From Candidatus Yanofskybacteria bacterium RIFCSPLOWO2_02_FULL_44_18 (lineage in GTDB: Bacteria > Patescibacteriota > Minisyncoccia > 2-02-FULL-40-12 > GWA2-44-9): DNA of 64,000 nucleotides. Both the position numbers and the translations under genes were made by a program. The stretch is taken from assembly GCA_001794755.1 (NCBI GenBank), contig MGKT01000006.1, positions 40,700 through 104,699 on the forward strand, read 5' to 3'. The notes beneath the pieces were generated by a model. It saw only the letters and a list, made by a program, of their open reading frames with translations. It did not search any database and was not told the origin of the DNA. This document shows, piece by piece, positions 38,116-48,591 of the stretch. Position 1 is the first letter of the stretch, and each line of letters starts with the position of its first letter.

Positions 38116-38820
38116 CTACAATATCAGCCGCCAGGGCAGCCAAATCGCTTCCCATATGACGACTGACGACATTTTAGACAGGCCCTCGCGGCGTTCGCGA
38201 AAAGTTATCGGTATCTCAATCGTAGTTGCGCCGGCCCGAATAAGATAATATTTAAGTTCAGTTAAAAAGGCATAGCCATCAGATTTAATAATCGAGAGGT
38301 GGTCTTTTTTCAAAACTGTCGCCCGATACCCGTTGAAACCGGTTGTAACATCACGTATCGGCAACCCGAGAATGGTTCGGACGTAAAGATTGGCAAACTT
38401 GCTTAACATTCTTCTTCGAAGACTCCAATTTTCTATTTCCCCGCCCTTAACATACCTCGAGCCTACAACCATGTCGGCCTTGGTAAGGGCCGCGATTATT
38501 TGCGGTATCGAATTAAAATCATGGGAAAAATCCGCGTCCATTGTGACAATATATTCATGGCCGCGATTGATTGCCCACTGAAAAGCCTCGAGGCACGACC
38601 GGCCGTAGCCACGATCGCTTAGCCGCTTGAGAAAAAAGAGGCGGATAAAATTGCCCCGTAAATTATTTATTAATTCTTCGGTTCCGTCTTTTGAATTATC
38701 ATCAGCGACCAAAACGTTAATATCCGGAATCAAATCAAAAATAGCCGGAATAAGTTTTTCCAGATTTTCCCTCTCGTTAAGCGTCGGGATAACGATGATT
38801 GTTTTGGAATAAATATCCAT
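38116..38820 (-). CDS. Polyprenol-phosphate sugar synthase (GT2, DPM1-like)
   Basis: IPTLNERENL, DDNSKDGT, MDADFSH, GSRYVKGG. Confidence 0.9.
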   Translation of the reverse strand: MDIYSKTIIVIPTLNERENLEKLIPAIFDLIPDINVLVADDNSKDGTEELINNLRGNFIRLFFLKRLSDRGYGRSCLEAFQWAINRGHEYIVTMDADFSHDFNSIPQIIAALTKADMVVGSRYVKGGEIENWSLRRRMLSKFANLYVRTILGLPIRDVTTGFNGYRATVLKKDHLSIIKSDGYAFLTELKYYLIRAGATTIEIPITFRERREGLSKMSSVVIWEAIWLPWRLIL

Positions 38821-39922
38821 ATTCGTAAATAATAAACAAAATTAAAGCCGCCCAAAAAGGAATCAAATACAGCCAGAGGTTGATCCAATAATTATGGCCG
38901 AAATAATTCCAAATCGGCAGAAATACGAAGAAAGAATCGACAAACACCAAAATCATCAGCCATCTGTGTTTCAGAAGATAACCGATTGAAACCAAAGCAA
39001 ACAGGGTTGTCATCGGCAGGAGATATTTTGAAAAAGAAAATGTCAGACTGCCGACTAGGACAAAATTCAAAACGACGGCCCAGATTATTTCTTTCCTTAC
39101 TTTCAGGCTCTTATCCAGTAATAACGCGAATGCGCCCAAAATAATTACAAGAGGTGAAATCATAATTTTTCGAAAATGCAGAAGTAAATTGGCGCCGACC
39201 CTTAAAAATCCCTTAATTGACGGGACGAAACTTTCGGCCAATGCCGGTGTATTGGAGGGATCAAAATTCCCCTGATACGAATTAATAGCAGCGTTGTTGA
39301 CGAAGTGCCCGGTCTGATAGTAATTGGCGCCCAGATACAAACCCCCAAAAGCCAGCGCCGCGAATACCCAAATTTTCGATTTAGACGTGAAAGTTTTAAT
39401 TGATTCTTTTAAAAATAACGGGGCAAGAACGAGAGCAAATGGTTTTACAATACCCCCAATTGACCAGGCTAATGGCGTCCATTTTTTTTCGCTAATACTT
39501 CCGTAAATAATTAAAAGGATAAAAAACAGCAATGCTGCCTCCTGAAAACCCCGCATCATCGTCGTATATGGATACGGTGCCAATAGAAATAATATCAAAA
39601 AATACATACCCGCTCTCCGGCTTTGAAAATAATCTCTGCCGACAGCATACGCCAAGGGAATGGAAAGAAGGGAAAATATCATTGACGCGATGATAATAGA
39701 ATTATGAGAACCGGTCAGCCAATATATCGGCACGGCAAAAAAAGACAAACCCTGAAATCCATAAAAAGACTTGAAATCCAGTTTCCCTCCGGCCAGCGCC
39801 TCAGCAAAGCCTTCATAATGAAAGCCGTCGTCCATCATAACTGGAGCAGCAATCAAAAAATAAACAAGCATCGCCAGAATCACAGCGATCAATAATCTTA
39901 TTTCTTTTTTATCTAAATTCAT
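38777..39922 (-). CDS. Multi-TM GT-C-like glycosyltransferase
   Basis: DD motif after first TM, many TM helices, adjacent to a polyprenol-P-sugar synthase. Confidence 0.65.
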   Translation of the reverse strand: MNLDKKEIRLLIAVILAMLVYFLIAAPVMMDDGFHYEGFAEALAGGKLDFKSFYGFQGLSFFAVPIYWLTGSHNSIIIASMIFSLLSIPLAYAVGRDYFQSRRAGMYFLILFLLAPYPYTTMMRGFQEAALLFFILLIIYGSISEKKWTPLAWSIGGIVKPFALVLAPLFLKESIKTFTSKSKIWVFAALAFGGLYLGANYYQTGHFVNNAAINSYQGNFDPSNTPALAESFVPSIKGFLRVGANLLLHFRKIMISPLVIILGAFALLLDKSLKVRKEIIWAVVLNFVLVGSLTFSFSKYLLPMTTLFALVSIGYLLKHRWLMILVFVDSFFVFLPIWNYFGHNYWINLWLYLIPFWAALILFIIYEYGYLFQNNHRYPDA

Positions 39923-41244
39923 TGAACCACTTTTTGATTAAGCTTTTTTATTAAATAAACAAATGATATTAGATGTGAAATCGTAAACCATATCGTTACC
40001 ATTATAACTGATCCCGAGAGTCCGTAATTTTCAATTAGCCACAGTCCCAATGGAATACCGCCCACCATTACTAATGAATTTATTATTATCGATACTTTCA
40101 CTTTGTTTATCGCCCGCCACATAGGACCCAAACCAACGCCTATTCCGTATAATGCTCCGTAAATGATAAGACCAAATACATAATTGATGCTCGGCAAGTA
40201 ACTCTCGCCGTAAAGGATCTTGAACACTATCGGCGAAGCGATGGCAGCCGCACTCGTCAAGACAATAGAAAGCAGAAGTGAGTACAATGAAACTCTTATA
40301 AAATTTGCGCGTAATTTTTCGTTGTCTTGAAATTGCAATTTAGGAAATTCTACGTTTAAAAGTATGGAAATCGGGCCAAGTAAACTCAAAGCAAGATTGG
40401 TGTATCCGAAGGCCAATTTAAAATAAGAAACCTCGGAAGCGCTGACATAAATACCCGTCAAAATAACCGGCAGGGCCATGAAAACATTGCCCATGTTTCT
40501 ATCAAGAGCCACCCACAAAGTAAATCCTAAATATTTTTTAATATTTATCCTATTGGCAGCCAAGACAAGCCCACGCAGACCGGGAAATAATGGCTCTCTT
40601 TTTGTAAAATTATTGAACAATACTGCTGATGTAATAAAAATTATTACCGCTCCAGTTAATTGGCCACTAATGGCGCCGGCAACCCCGAAACCGACAATAA
40701 CCAGTACCAAGGACAAACTGTGCCTTAGCGACTGATCGGATAGCATCAAAACGGCAAGTGATTTAATTTTTCCGGATACTTGAAAAGATGAATAGGTAAG
40801 AGTAAATAAGAACGAAGACAAAATTGCCGCAACCGCAATAATGGCCGCATAAATTCCAATCAGAGAATTTCCGTACAATCTACTGGAAATATTCGGCAAA
40901 AAAATAGAAACAACAATAACAATCAAGGCCGCCAGAAAAGTTATCTTGAGCATAAACCCGAGAATATTTTCCATTTCGGGTTTATCTTTTTGAACATAAG
41001 CTCGGCCCAGTAAACTGGATACGGCCTCTTGAATTCCCATGCCCAACACCAAGCTGGTCATGCTGGCTAATCCTATAGCCAGAGAATAAACGCCGAAAAG
41101 TTCCGGTTGAAGCAGTCGGGCAATGACAATTCCGATTCCGGCTTGAATTATGCTTCCCGTAAAACTCCCCATCTGGAGTGTGGCCACGTTTTTAATAAAA
41201 GAGTGTTGTCGTAAATGTAATATATTATCTTTGATAAAATTCAT
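39919..41244 (-). CDS. Wzx-type oligosaccharide flippase
   Basis: About 12 TM; IARLL.PE.FGVY, VEFPKL, LYGESY. Confidence 0.85.
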   Translation of the reverse strand: MNFIKDNILHLRQHSFIKNVATLQMGSFTGSIIQAGIGIVIARLLQPELFGVYSLAIGLASMTSLVLGMGIQEAVSSLLGRAYVQKDKPEMENILGFMLKITFLAALIVIVVSIFLPNISSRLYGNSLIGIYAAIIAVAAILSSFLFTLTYSSFQVSGKIKSLAVLMLSDQSLRHSLSLVLVIVGFGVAGAISGQLTGAVIIFITSAVLFNNFTKREPLFPGLRGLVLAANRINIKKYLGFTLWVALDRNMGNVFMALPVILTGIYVSASEVSYFKLAFGYTNLALSLLGPISILLNVEFPKLQFQDNEKLRANFIRVSLYSLLLSIVLTSAAAIASPIVFKILYGESYLPSINYVFGLIIYGALYGIGVGLGPMWRAINKVKVSIIINSLVMVGGIPLGLWLIENYGLSGSVIMVTIWFTISHLISFVYLIKKLNQKVVQ

Positions 41245-41522
41245 TTTTCTTCGATAATTTTTCTATAAAGATCGGCCTGCTGATCAATTAATGCCTCAAA
41301 ATTGAAGTTTTTTTTCACATGATCCCGACCGAAGCGACCAAGAGAGGGCCAAAGCTCCGGATGTTCCACCATAAACAAAATTTTTTGAGCAAGTGCTTCG
41401 TAATCGCCCTCATTTACCATAAATCCATTTTGGCCTTCAATAATTTGTTCGGAAAATGCGCCATGGTTTGAGGTTATTGTGGGTAATCCGGTAGCAAGAG
41501 CGTGTAGTACAGATGTGGTCAT
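41241..41522 (-). CDS. GT4 glycosyltransferase, C-terminal fragment
   Basis: MTTSVLHALATGLPTITSNHG...EQIIEGQNGFMV; ATG 10 nt after the upstream stop, in a different frame. Confidence 0.7.
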   Translation of the reverse strand: MTTSVLHALATGLPTITSNHGAFSEQIIEGQNGFMVNEGDYEALAQKILFMVEHPELWPSLGRFGRDHVKKNFNFEALIDQQADLYRKIIEEK

Positions 41523-41532
41523 GTGATGTGTG

Positions 41533-42528
41533 TTACTCCATATCACCATCAGATGCAGTTTTGGATGGCTGTAAATAAAAATGAATTCGCAAAAAATAAT
41601 TTATTATGTCTTCTATTTTCATATAGCCTTTATAAGAAACAACGTCATCAAGACCCAATTCCTTGGTCATTGTGCGGAGTTTGGGTTCAAGCGGTCCGCC
41701 TCCTATTATATTACACATGAATTTCTTGTCGGTTCTATTTTTCACAATCGCTAATGCTCTTAAAATATCGTCAAAACCCTTTTTCTCAACAAAGCGCCCA
41801 ACAGCAGCCATTTGAACTATCTCGCCTGGTTTCAATGTTCTTTCCGTAAATGGATAGTCATTCACATCAATGCCAAATATCGGTAAAACTTTAATTTTGT
41901 TTTCATCAAATCCTTTTGTGACTATTCTATTTTTCATAAAATCAGACATCGCGATGAAAATGGAACTCTCTTTTTTGAGGCGCATATAAATATCTTCACC
42001 GGGATGATCCAAAAATCTTTTGCTCACATCCTGCCCGTAAAACGAGGTGATCAATTTTGTATTTATACCGACTACGTCTTTGATGATTAAGAATTTATTC
42101 GCGATGGAGCCGTCATGGAGATGAATAAGGTCATACTTTTTACCCACAAACGGTTCGGACCAGAAAAGAAGCTTAAGAGATAAAGAATCTTTTCCGTATC
42201 TATTTACGTCAAAAATTCTTGTGAGTGTATTGGGAGATATAAATAATAATCTACCAATTTTTGGCAATGCCTTAATCGCTCTTTCAAACCTATTTTCAGG
42301 CATACCGATATACTTGGTTCTTCCTAACAGGTTATAATTTCTATATTTTTCGGAGATATATTTTTTATCAATACCTTGGGATGTAAATGCATAAATATCA
42401 ATATCAAATCCGCGATCCAGGAGTCCTGTAATCTGATTGATCATCCATGTTTCAGAGACAGCCGGAAAAACACCGACCACAAAAGCAATTTTTGATGGTT
42501 TATTTGCCATAGTCATTACAGGCGGCAA
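41533..42528 (-). CDS. GT4 glycosyltransferase (WcaL-like), N-terminal fragment
   Basis: [22 protein letters not shown]; ends [11 protein letters not shown]-stop. Confidence 0.8.
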   Translation of the reverse strand: MPPVMTMANKPSKIAFVVGVFPAVSETWMINQITGLLDRGFDIDIYAFTSQGIDKKYISEKYRNYNLLGRTKYIGMPENRFERAIKALPKIGRLLFISPNTLTRIFDVNRYGKDSLSLKLLFWSEPFVGKKYDLIHLHDGSIANKFLIIKDVVGINTKLITSFYGQDVSKRFLDHPGEDIYMRLKKESSIFIAMSDFMKNRIVTKGFDENKIKVLPIFGIDVNDYPFTERTLKPGEIVQMAAVGRFVEKKGFDDILRALAIVKNRTDKKFMCNIIGGGPLEPKLRTMTKELGLDDVVSYKGYMKIEDIINYFLRIHFYLQPSKTASDGDME

Positions 42529-43603
42529 TCACTTTTGATACCTCCCGGGCAGTCATAGTCGGATTAAGCGGCAAACTAATGACGGTATCATGGATTTTTT
42601 CAGAAATAGGAAAAATCATTTTGTTCCATTCTTTGTAAGCCCTCTGCTTGTGGGGTGGAATTGGATAATGGATCAGTGTATCAATACCTTTCTTTAGTAG
42701 ATATTTTTGAAATTCGTCACGCTTTGCAGTACGTACAACAAATAGGTGCCAAACGTGAGCCAAATCATATGATGCAGAAGGTAAGATCAGCAATGGGTTC
42801 TTGATCATGCTAATGTAGCTTCTAGCTATTTTACGTCTTATTACATTTTCTCTATCAAGATATTTAAGCTTAACCAACAAAACCGTAGCTTGAAGTTCAT
42901 CAAGTCGACTATTGATACCCTTGTATTCATTCAAGTATTTCTTGTGGCTACCGTAATTTCTTAAAAGCCGAACCATATCGGCTAATTTCTGATCATTGGT
43001 TGTAACAGCTCCACCGTCGCCTAATCCCCCCAAATTTTTTGAAGGATAAAAGCTGAAACCAGCCGCGTCGCCGAGAGAGCCGACCTTTTTACCCTTATAT
43101 ACCGCGCCGTGAGCCTGCGCGCAGTCTTCAATAATTTTGAGATTATATTTTTTTGCAATCCTTTTCATAGATTCTGAATATCCAACCTGGCCATACAGAT
43201 GGACAACCAGGATTGCTTTGGCTTTCTTGGTAATGTTCTGTTCAATTTTTTCAACGTCAATATTGTAAGTGAGAAGATCGGGTTCGACCGGAACGGGTTT
43301 CAACCGATTTTCACTGATTGATAAAATACTGGCAATATAAGTATTGGCTGGAACTAAAATCTCGTCCCCCTCTTTGAAGACACCAAGCTCCTTGTACGAC
43401 CTTATAATTAGATTCAATGCGTCCAAGCCATTTCCAGTGCCGATAGTATGCTTAACCAGGCAATACTTTGAAAATTCTTTTTCAAATTCAACTACTTTCG
43501 GGCCTAATATGTACCGGCCCGAATCAATGACCTCTGAAATCGCGGCCATTAGTTTTTTTTTGTACGAAACGTTTAGATCTTTAAAATTTAAAAATGGTAT
43601 CAT
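42500..43603 (-). CDS. DegT/DnrJ/EryC1/StrS sugar aminotransferase (FdtB-like)
   Basis: [18 protein letters not shown] (catalytic Lys present), NSRLDELQA. Confidence 0.93.
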   Translation of the reverse strand: MIPFLNFKDLNVSYKKKLMAAISEVIDSGRYILGPKVVEFEKEFSKYCLVKHTIGTGNGLDALNLIIRSYKELGVFKEGDEILVPANTYIASILSISENRLKPVPVEPDLLTYNIDVEKIEQNITKKAKAILVVHLYGQVGYSESMKRIAKKYNLKIIEDCAQAHGAVYKGKKVGSLGDAAGFSFYPSKNLGGLGDGGAVTTNDQKLADMVRLLRNYGSHKKYLNEYKGINSRLDELQATVLLVKLKYLDRENVIRRKIARSYISMIKNPLLILPSASYDLAHVWHLFVVRTAKRDEFQKYLLKKGIDTLIHYPIPPHKQRAYKEWNKMIFPISEKIHDTVISLPLNPTMTAREVSKVIAACNDYGK

Positions 43604-43706
43604 ATCGGACTAAATATACACAAAACCCATACTTTTTACAATGATTTTACTTGACATAATAAAATTAAAATGCTATTTTAATTTCAGTACTAAAGGAGTG
43701 CCAAAA

Positions 43707-44039
43707 ATGAACCGAACCGCCATGATCTTCTCTTCGTTAACGTTATTTTTGATTTTGATGGGCTGTGGACCAGTCGCCACAGGAGATTCTATACTGGAAC
43801 GCAAAACAGCAGTTATATTAGAAAAACACATGACAGTAACAAACGATTTCTTTGATGGCACTCGGAAATACTGCCAACTTCTTTTGGAAACAGAGGATAA
43901 AAAGAGAATTTCCATTTCTGGCTTATGGACACTCGGAGCGGCTCCATATGATCTGTGTCAATATATGCGAGAAGGCGAAAAAGTTCAGATTGTTCGATAT
44001 AAAGAACATGGCTGGTATTTAGCAGACGCAAGAGACTAA
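43707..44039 (+). CDS. Hypothetical exported protein, lipobox-like LMGC
   Basis: Start at MNRTAM after AAGGAG; TTGACA-17-TATTTT upstream; hairpin downstream. Confidence 0.65.
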   Translation: MNRTAMIFSSLTLFLILMGCGPVATGDSILERKTAVILEKHMTVTNDFFDGTRKYCQLLLETEDKKRISISGLWTLGAAPYDLCQYMREGEKVQIVRYKEHGWYLADARD

Positions 44040-44051
44040 CCAGCTCTGCCT

Positions 44052-44096
44052 AACACTTTGCAGAACTCGCAAAAACGAGACTAACTGCAAAGTGTT
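44052..44096 (+). terminator. Hairpin between convergent genes
   Basis: aacactttgcag...ctgcaaagtgtt 12-bp stem then T-rich run. Confidence 0.55.
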
Positions 44097-44108
44097 TTAT
44101 TTTGATCC

Positions 44109-45383
44109 CTAGCTAATAATCTTAAATTCAGGAAGTGGAAGAACAAATTTTGATTTGAGACCTTTGGCACGCCAATTCTTCATAATGTAGTCGCCGTAGT
44201 GCCAGGCAAGAACAACGACATAATCCGGCCTTTCTTTCATTATTATCTCGTTTCCAACAACAGGAATGTGGGTTCCTGGCATGAATTTGCCTACTTTTTC
44301 CGATTGAGGCAATTGAGCGATATAGGGCATTATGGTTTTATCAAGGCCGTAATAATTAACAATCACCGTTCCGCGACCAGGACAAGAATCTGCGACAAAA
44401 CGCAAACCCTTGCTTCGAGCTTTATGTGCTAAATCTAAAAACCGATGACGATTTTCAACAATTCGCCCTCTCCATTTTGCCCATGTTCTCGGTTTAAACA
44501 ATCCGGATTTTTCCTCTAATACCAACAATTTACCCACGTCAGGACTGATGGGGTACACCCCTTTTCGGGCCACATAAACTCGAATACTGCCCTCGCGTGA
44601 AGCTAATTTTTGGGCATCAAAAACTTCCATGCCATAATATGAAAATAGTTTAACCAGAGATTTTACGCTGTAAAGACGAATGTGCTCATGATAGACCTGA
44701 TCAAATTGATTTCTGTTAAGAATATCGAGAAGATATTGGCTCTCTGTCATGAACACCCCGTCTTTATCCAAAAGACGGTCTAATCCTCGCATGACCTCCC
44801 CCAGAGTAGCCATATGCGCGAATACATTTGTCATGGTGATTATTTTTGCGCGTCCATATTCTTTAACTATATCTCTCGCCACCGATTCAGTAAAAAAATT
44901 TTGAATAGTTTCAATTTTATTTTCTCGTCGCGCAAACTTAGCCATGTTTGTCGGTTCTACGCCAATGGTTCGCAGACCGTAACGCTTAAATCCGGACAGA
45001 AGAGTGCCGTCATTGCAACCCACATCGACACATAATGATTTAGGCAGAACCTTGAATCTTTTTACAACGTCATCGGCAAATCCCAAAAGATAGAGCCGGA
45101 GCGGTTCCGATATGCCGGCACGATACGGGTATTCGGCAGGATAAATAATTTTTCCGTCAACGACATAATCCAACTGTCCCAATCCGGACTCGGGACAAAT
45201 CATAAGCCGTAAAGGATAATGCGCTTCTGGTTGATTTAGGGCTTCCTTTGTCAACAAAGCATCACAGGGCGGCTGATGGCCGAGGTCTATGGCTTCAAAA
45301 AGATTATTAGAACCCGTGATTTGGCAATGATCTAATATGCCCGGCGCGGCATCCTGATTTGGTTTCTTTTTTTGCTCTCTCAT
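44109..45383 (-). CDS. NDP-sugar C-methyltransferase (TcaB9-like)
   Basis: VDVGCNDGTLL, TNVFAH, FDQVYHEH, GSIRVY, PGTHIP, LAWH, LPLPE. Confidence 0.88.
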   Translation of the reverse strand: MREQKKKPNQDAAPGILDHCQITGSNNLFEAIDLGHQPPCDALLTKEALNQPEAHYPLRLMICPESGLGQLDYVVDGKIIYPAEYPYRAGISEPLRLYLLGFADDVVKRFKVLPKSLCVDVGCNDGTLLSGFKRYGLRTIGVEPTNMAKFARRENKIETIQNFFTESVARDIVKEYGRAKIITMTNVFAHMATLGEVMRGLDRLLDKDGVFMTESQYLLDILNRNQFDQVYHEHIRLYSVKSLVKLFSYYGMEVFDAQKLASREGSIRVYVARKGVYPISPDVGKLLVLEEKSGLFKPRTWAKWRGRIVENRHRFLDLAHKARSKGLRFVADSCPGRGTVIVNYYGLDKTIMPYIAQLPQSEKVGKFMPGTHIPVVGNEIIMKERPDYVVVLAWHYGDYIMKNWRAKGLKSKFVLPLPEFKIIS

Positions 45384-45427
45384 AAAGACCTACTATATTA
45401 CACAAAGCTAACAAGTAATTCAAGGAA

Positions 45428-46201
45428 TTATTTTTTGCCAACTATAACTATTTCAAAACCGAAATTCCTTGTGAAAAATCTCTCCGTAAACCTATCTAAA
45501 ATTTTGGATAATCTATTTATCGCCCGGCCCCAAAAATGGAACATTTTATGATATCTTTTCAATCGAAACAGTCCATAGCCAACATAAAAACCATCTTCGG
45601 CTTGAACATGAAGTCCTGTATCCTTGAAAGCTTTTCTTAATTCAGACTTCTTGAAAGATTTTTCATAATCATATTCAAATTTTCTTCCGAGTAGTGGCAG
45701 GATGGATTTGTACAATGTGTGAAAATTCCAAAAATTCGGTACGGCCACGATTAATGTCCCGCCCGGCTTTAGTACCCTCACCATCTCCGAAACGGCATCT
45801 ATATGGTTCGTAAACAGCTGAATCACGCCATCAGCAAAAACAACATCAAAATAATTATCTTCAAAACTAATATGCAAACAATCTTGAACGCTAAACTCTA
45901 TATTACGCACATCAAGTTCATCGGCCAAATTTCTGGCTAAATCCAAAGATTCTTCTAAAATATCTGAAACGTAAACTTTACTATTCTTAAAATCCTTAGC
46001 GATACTAACTCCAAACCGTCCGCACCCTGTAGCAAGTTCCAATATCTTACCCGCCGTATCGGGAATATATTTTTTAAAAACTGGATACGCCTCAACAAAA
46101 AATCGATTTGTTATAACACCAAGGTTTGACTCTCCTTCTTTCCAGGTTTTTCTCCAAACATTATTTATTTCCTTTTGGCCAATCTTTCCATTTTCATTCA
46201 T
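45428..46201 (-). CDS. Class I SAM-dependent methyltransferase
   Basis: ILELATGCG, FDVV, RVLKPGG. Confidence 0.88.
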   Translation of the reverse strand: MNENGKIGQKEINNVWRKTWKEGESNLGVITNRFFVEAYPVFKKYIPDTAGKILELATGCGRFGVSIAKDFKNSKVYVSDILEESLDLARNLADELDVRNIEFSVQDCLHISFEDNYFDVVFADGVIQLFTNHIDAVSEMVRVLKPGGTLIVAVPNFWNFHTLYKSILPLLGRKFEYDYEKSFKKSELRKAFKDTGLHVQAEDGFYVGYGLFRLKRYHKMFHFWGRAINRLSKILDRFTERFFTRNFGFEIVIVGKK

Positions 46202-46343
46202 AATAAAAAATTCCTATATTATTAAAACCTACAACCAATATTAGCATGGCTAATAAATAAAAAAAGCACATTAGGTATCCTTTACAAAAGCCCTAATATC
46301 TGATATACTTTAAACCAAAGTTGGACAATTTAGACACATACTC

Positions 46344-48125
46344 TTGTTGTATATTCTGAAGAAAATAACCTATCTCTATAAGCTGACCGCAAGCTTTATA
46401 ACTTCTTACAAAAAAAGATTTGTTTTTATAGTTTTGCTTGGTTTTATAAATGGACTTGCTGGAAGTGTTGGGATAGGCATTATAATCCCATTGTTTTCAG
46501 TGTTTACTGGCAGTGGTATTGCCGGCACAGACTTCATAACCAGCAGTACTGAAAAATTCTTCATGATATTTAAAATCCCACTAACAGCTCCCTCTTTGAT
46601 AATATTTATGGTCCTCCTATTTGCGCTAAAAGCATTCGCACAATTTATCGCTAAATATAATACTGAAAAACTTGCTGCCGGGTTTGAAGAAAATCTCCGG
46701 TCAGAACTTCTTAAAAAAACCCTTAAAACAGGCTGGCCTTATTTGTCTAATCAAAAAATAGGACACCTTGAGAGAACATTATTTTACGATATTAATCAAT
46801 CAACCACGATCTTACTGCAAATTGGAACTGGAATTCTTATATTAACCAGTTTCATTACTTATTCAATTGTTGCTTTTAAAATATCGGCCCCAATTACCTT
46901 GGCAACACTTTTATTCGGTATTATTTTATTCCCGATATTAAAGCCCTTATTTTACAAAATTAGAAAACTTTCAGAACAGACCAGTCAACTCTATAAGCAG
47001 GTAGCCAATCATGTCAGTGAAAATATTATTGGCATTAAAGTGGTCAAAACCACAGCAACAGAAGACGCGGTAATCAAGGCCGGAAACAATTACTTCAAAG
47101 AACTTAAACTTGCCCGGACGAAGTCGGGTATGCACAGTTATGCAATCGGGAGTTCAATAGAACCTATCGGAATTGTTTTCGTCGGAGTGCTGTTCATACT
47201 CACCTACCGCTTACCCGGCTTCAACATCGCTTCATTTGGAGTGGTTGTTTATCTTATCCAAAAAATATTTTCATTCATTCAATCAATACAGGGACAATTT
47301 CAGACTTTCGTCAGCATTACCCCAAATATAGAAAATGTGATTAGTTACCGTTTGGCGATAGAAAAAAACAGCGAGGAAAATCTTGGCTCAGATCCTTTTA
47401 TTTTTATAAAATCTCTTGAATTTGTAGATGTGGGCTTTTCTCATGACAAAGATTCAATTATTCTTAAAAAAATTAACTTATCAGTAGGGAAAGGGCAGAT
47501 GATAGGAATTATAGGACCTTCCGGTGCCGGTAAAACAACAACTGCAGACATTCTTTTGAGGCTCCTTGTTCCTAAAGAAGGACAAATCCTTTTGGACGGC
47601 AAGGATTATTTAAAAACTGACATAAAGGAATGGAGAAAAAATATCGGTTATGTCCCTCAAGATATTTTCTTAATAAACGACACAATAGAAAACAATATAA
47701 TATTTTATGATAAATCCATTTCCAAAGAAGAAATTATAGAAGCAACCAAAACTGCCAACATCTATGATTTCATAGAAGGCTTGCCTGATAAATTCAATAC
47801 TGTTGCTGGCGAAAGAGGCGTAAAACTTTCGGGCGGACAGAAACAAAGAATTGTTTTGGCCAGGGCATTGGCCAGAAAACCTCAGATTTTAATCTTGGAT
47901 GAGGCCACCAGTGCTATAGATAATGAATCAGAGATGCTAATTCAGGAAGCAATACAGAAATTAAAAGGACAGGTTACCGTTATCATAATTGCTCACAGAA
48001 TAAATACTATAATGAGAACCGATTATGTTTTTGTTATTGATGGCGGTAAATTAGTGGAATCTGGGCAGCCCAATGAATTATTAAAAAATAATGCTTCATA
48101 TCTTCATCGGGTTTACCATCTGTAA
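46344..48125 (+). CDS. ABC exporter permease/ATPase (PglK/MsbA-like)
   Basis: TM domain plus GPSGAGKTT, LSGGQKQR, ILDEATS; located in the glycan locus. Confidence 0.92.
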   Translation: MLYILKKITYLYKLTASFITSYKKRFVFIVLLGFINGLAGSVGIGIIIPLFSVFTGSGIAGTDFITSSTEKFFMIFKIPLTAPSLIIFMVLLFALKAFAQFIAKYNTEKLAAGFEENLRSELLKKTLKTGWPYLSNQKIGHLERTLFYDINQSTTILLQIGTGILILTSFITYSIVAFKISAPITLATLLFGIILFPILKPLFYKIRKLSEQTSQLYKQVANHVSENIIGIKVVKTTATEDAVIKAGNNYFKELKLARTKSGMHSYAIGSSIEPIGIVFVGVLFILTYRLPGFNIASFGVVVYLIQKIFSFIQSIQGQFQTFVSITPNIENVISYRLAIEKNSEENLGSDPFIFIKSLEFVDVGFSHDKDSIILKKINLSVGKGQMIGIIGPSGAGKTTTADILLRLLVPKEGQILLDGKDYLKTDIKEWRKNIGYVPQDIFLINDTIENNIIFYDKSISKEEIIEATKTANIYDFIEGLPDKFNTVAGERGVKLSGGQKQRIVLARALARKPQILILDEATSAIDNESEMLIQEAIQKLKGQVTVIIIAHRINTIMRTDYVFVIDGGKLVESGQPNELLKNNASYLHRVYHL

Positions 48126-48126
48126 T

Positions 48127-48585
48127 ATGCTCGTAAAAAAGATAAAATATCCATTCACGCCAAAAGAGTATAAAAAAATATACTCCAAGGTTCCTCGTCT
48201 ATGCGTTGAGTTAGTCATTCAAGACAAAAAAGGTATTCTTTTTTCTCTGAGAAAAGCAAAAAGTTGGAATGGGATGTGGCATTTGCCAGGCGGAACTTTG
48301 TACCACGGAGAAACACTTTCAAAATGCATTGACAGAGTAGCCAGAGACGAACTTGGCATTAAGTTGAACAAGAAAAAATTCCTAGGATACATTGAATATC
48401 TCCAAGATGAGAAGAACCGACGAAGTTTTGGAACTTCAGTCGGATTATTATTTTTATGCATGATAAAATCGGGAAAAATACGAGGAAGCGATCAGGCTGA
48501 ACAAATAGATTTCTTCAAAAGATTACCAATCAACATCATACCCGCCCATCGAACATTTCTCAAGAAAGTACTCAAAATTAAATAA
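48127..48585 (+). CDS. NUDIX hydrolase (GDP-mannose mannosyl hydrolase-like)
   Basis: PRLCVELVI, WHLPGG.LYHGE......RVARDELG; ATG at 48127 directly after the ABC stop. Confidence 0.8.
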   Translation: MLVKKIKYPFTPKEYKKIYSKVPRLCVELVIQDKKGILFSLRKAKSWNGMWHLPGGTLYHGETLSKCIDRVARDELGIKLNKKKFLGYIEYLQDEKNRRSFGTSVGLLFLCMIKSGKIRGSDQAEQIDFFKRLPINIIPAHRTFLKKVLKIK

Positions 48586-48591
48586 CCAACA

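Noticed and set aside
41523-41535. Selenocysteine or stop read-through in the split GT4
   Set aside because: The stop is TAA and the downstream half is in a different frame
44048-44100. Integron attC (GCCTAAC...GTT around a hairpin)
   Set aside because: Right end is GTTTTAT rather than GTTRRRY, the stem lacks the unpaired spacer, and it is single copy; a terminator is simpler
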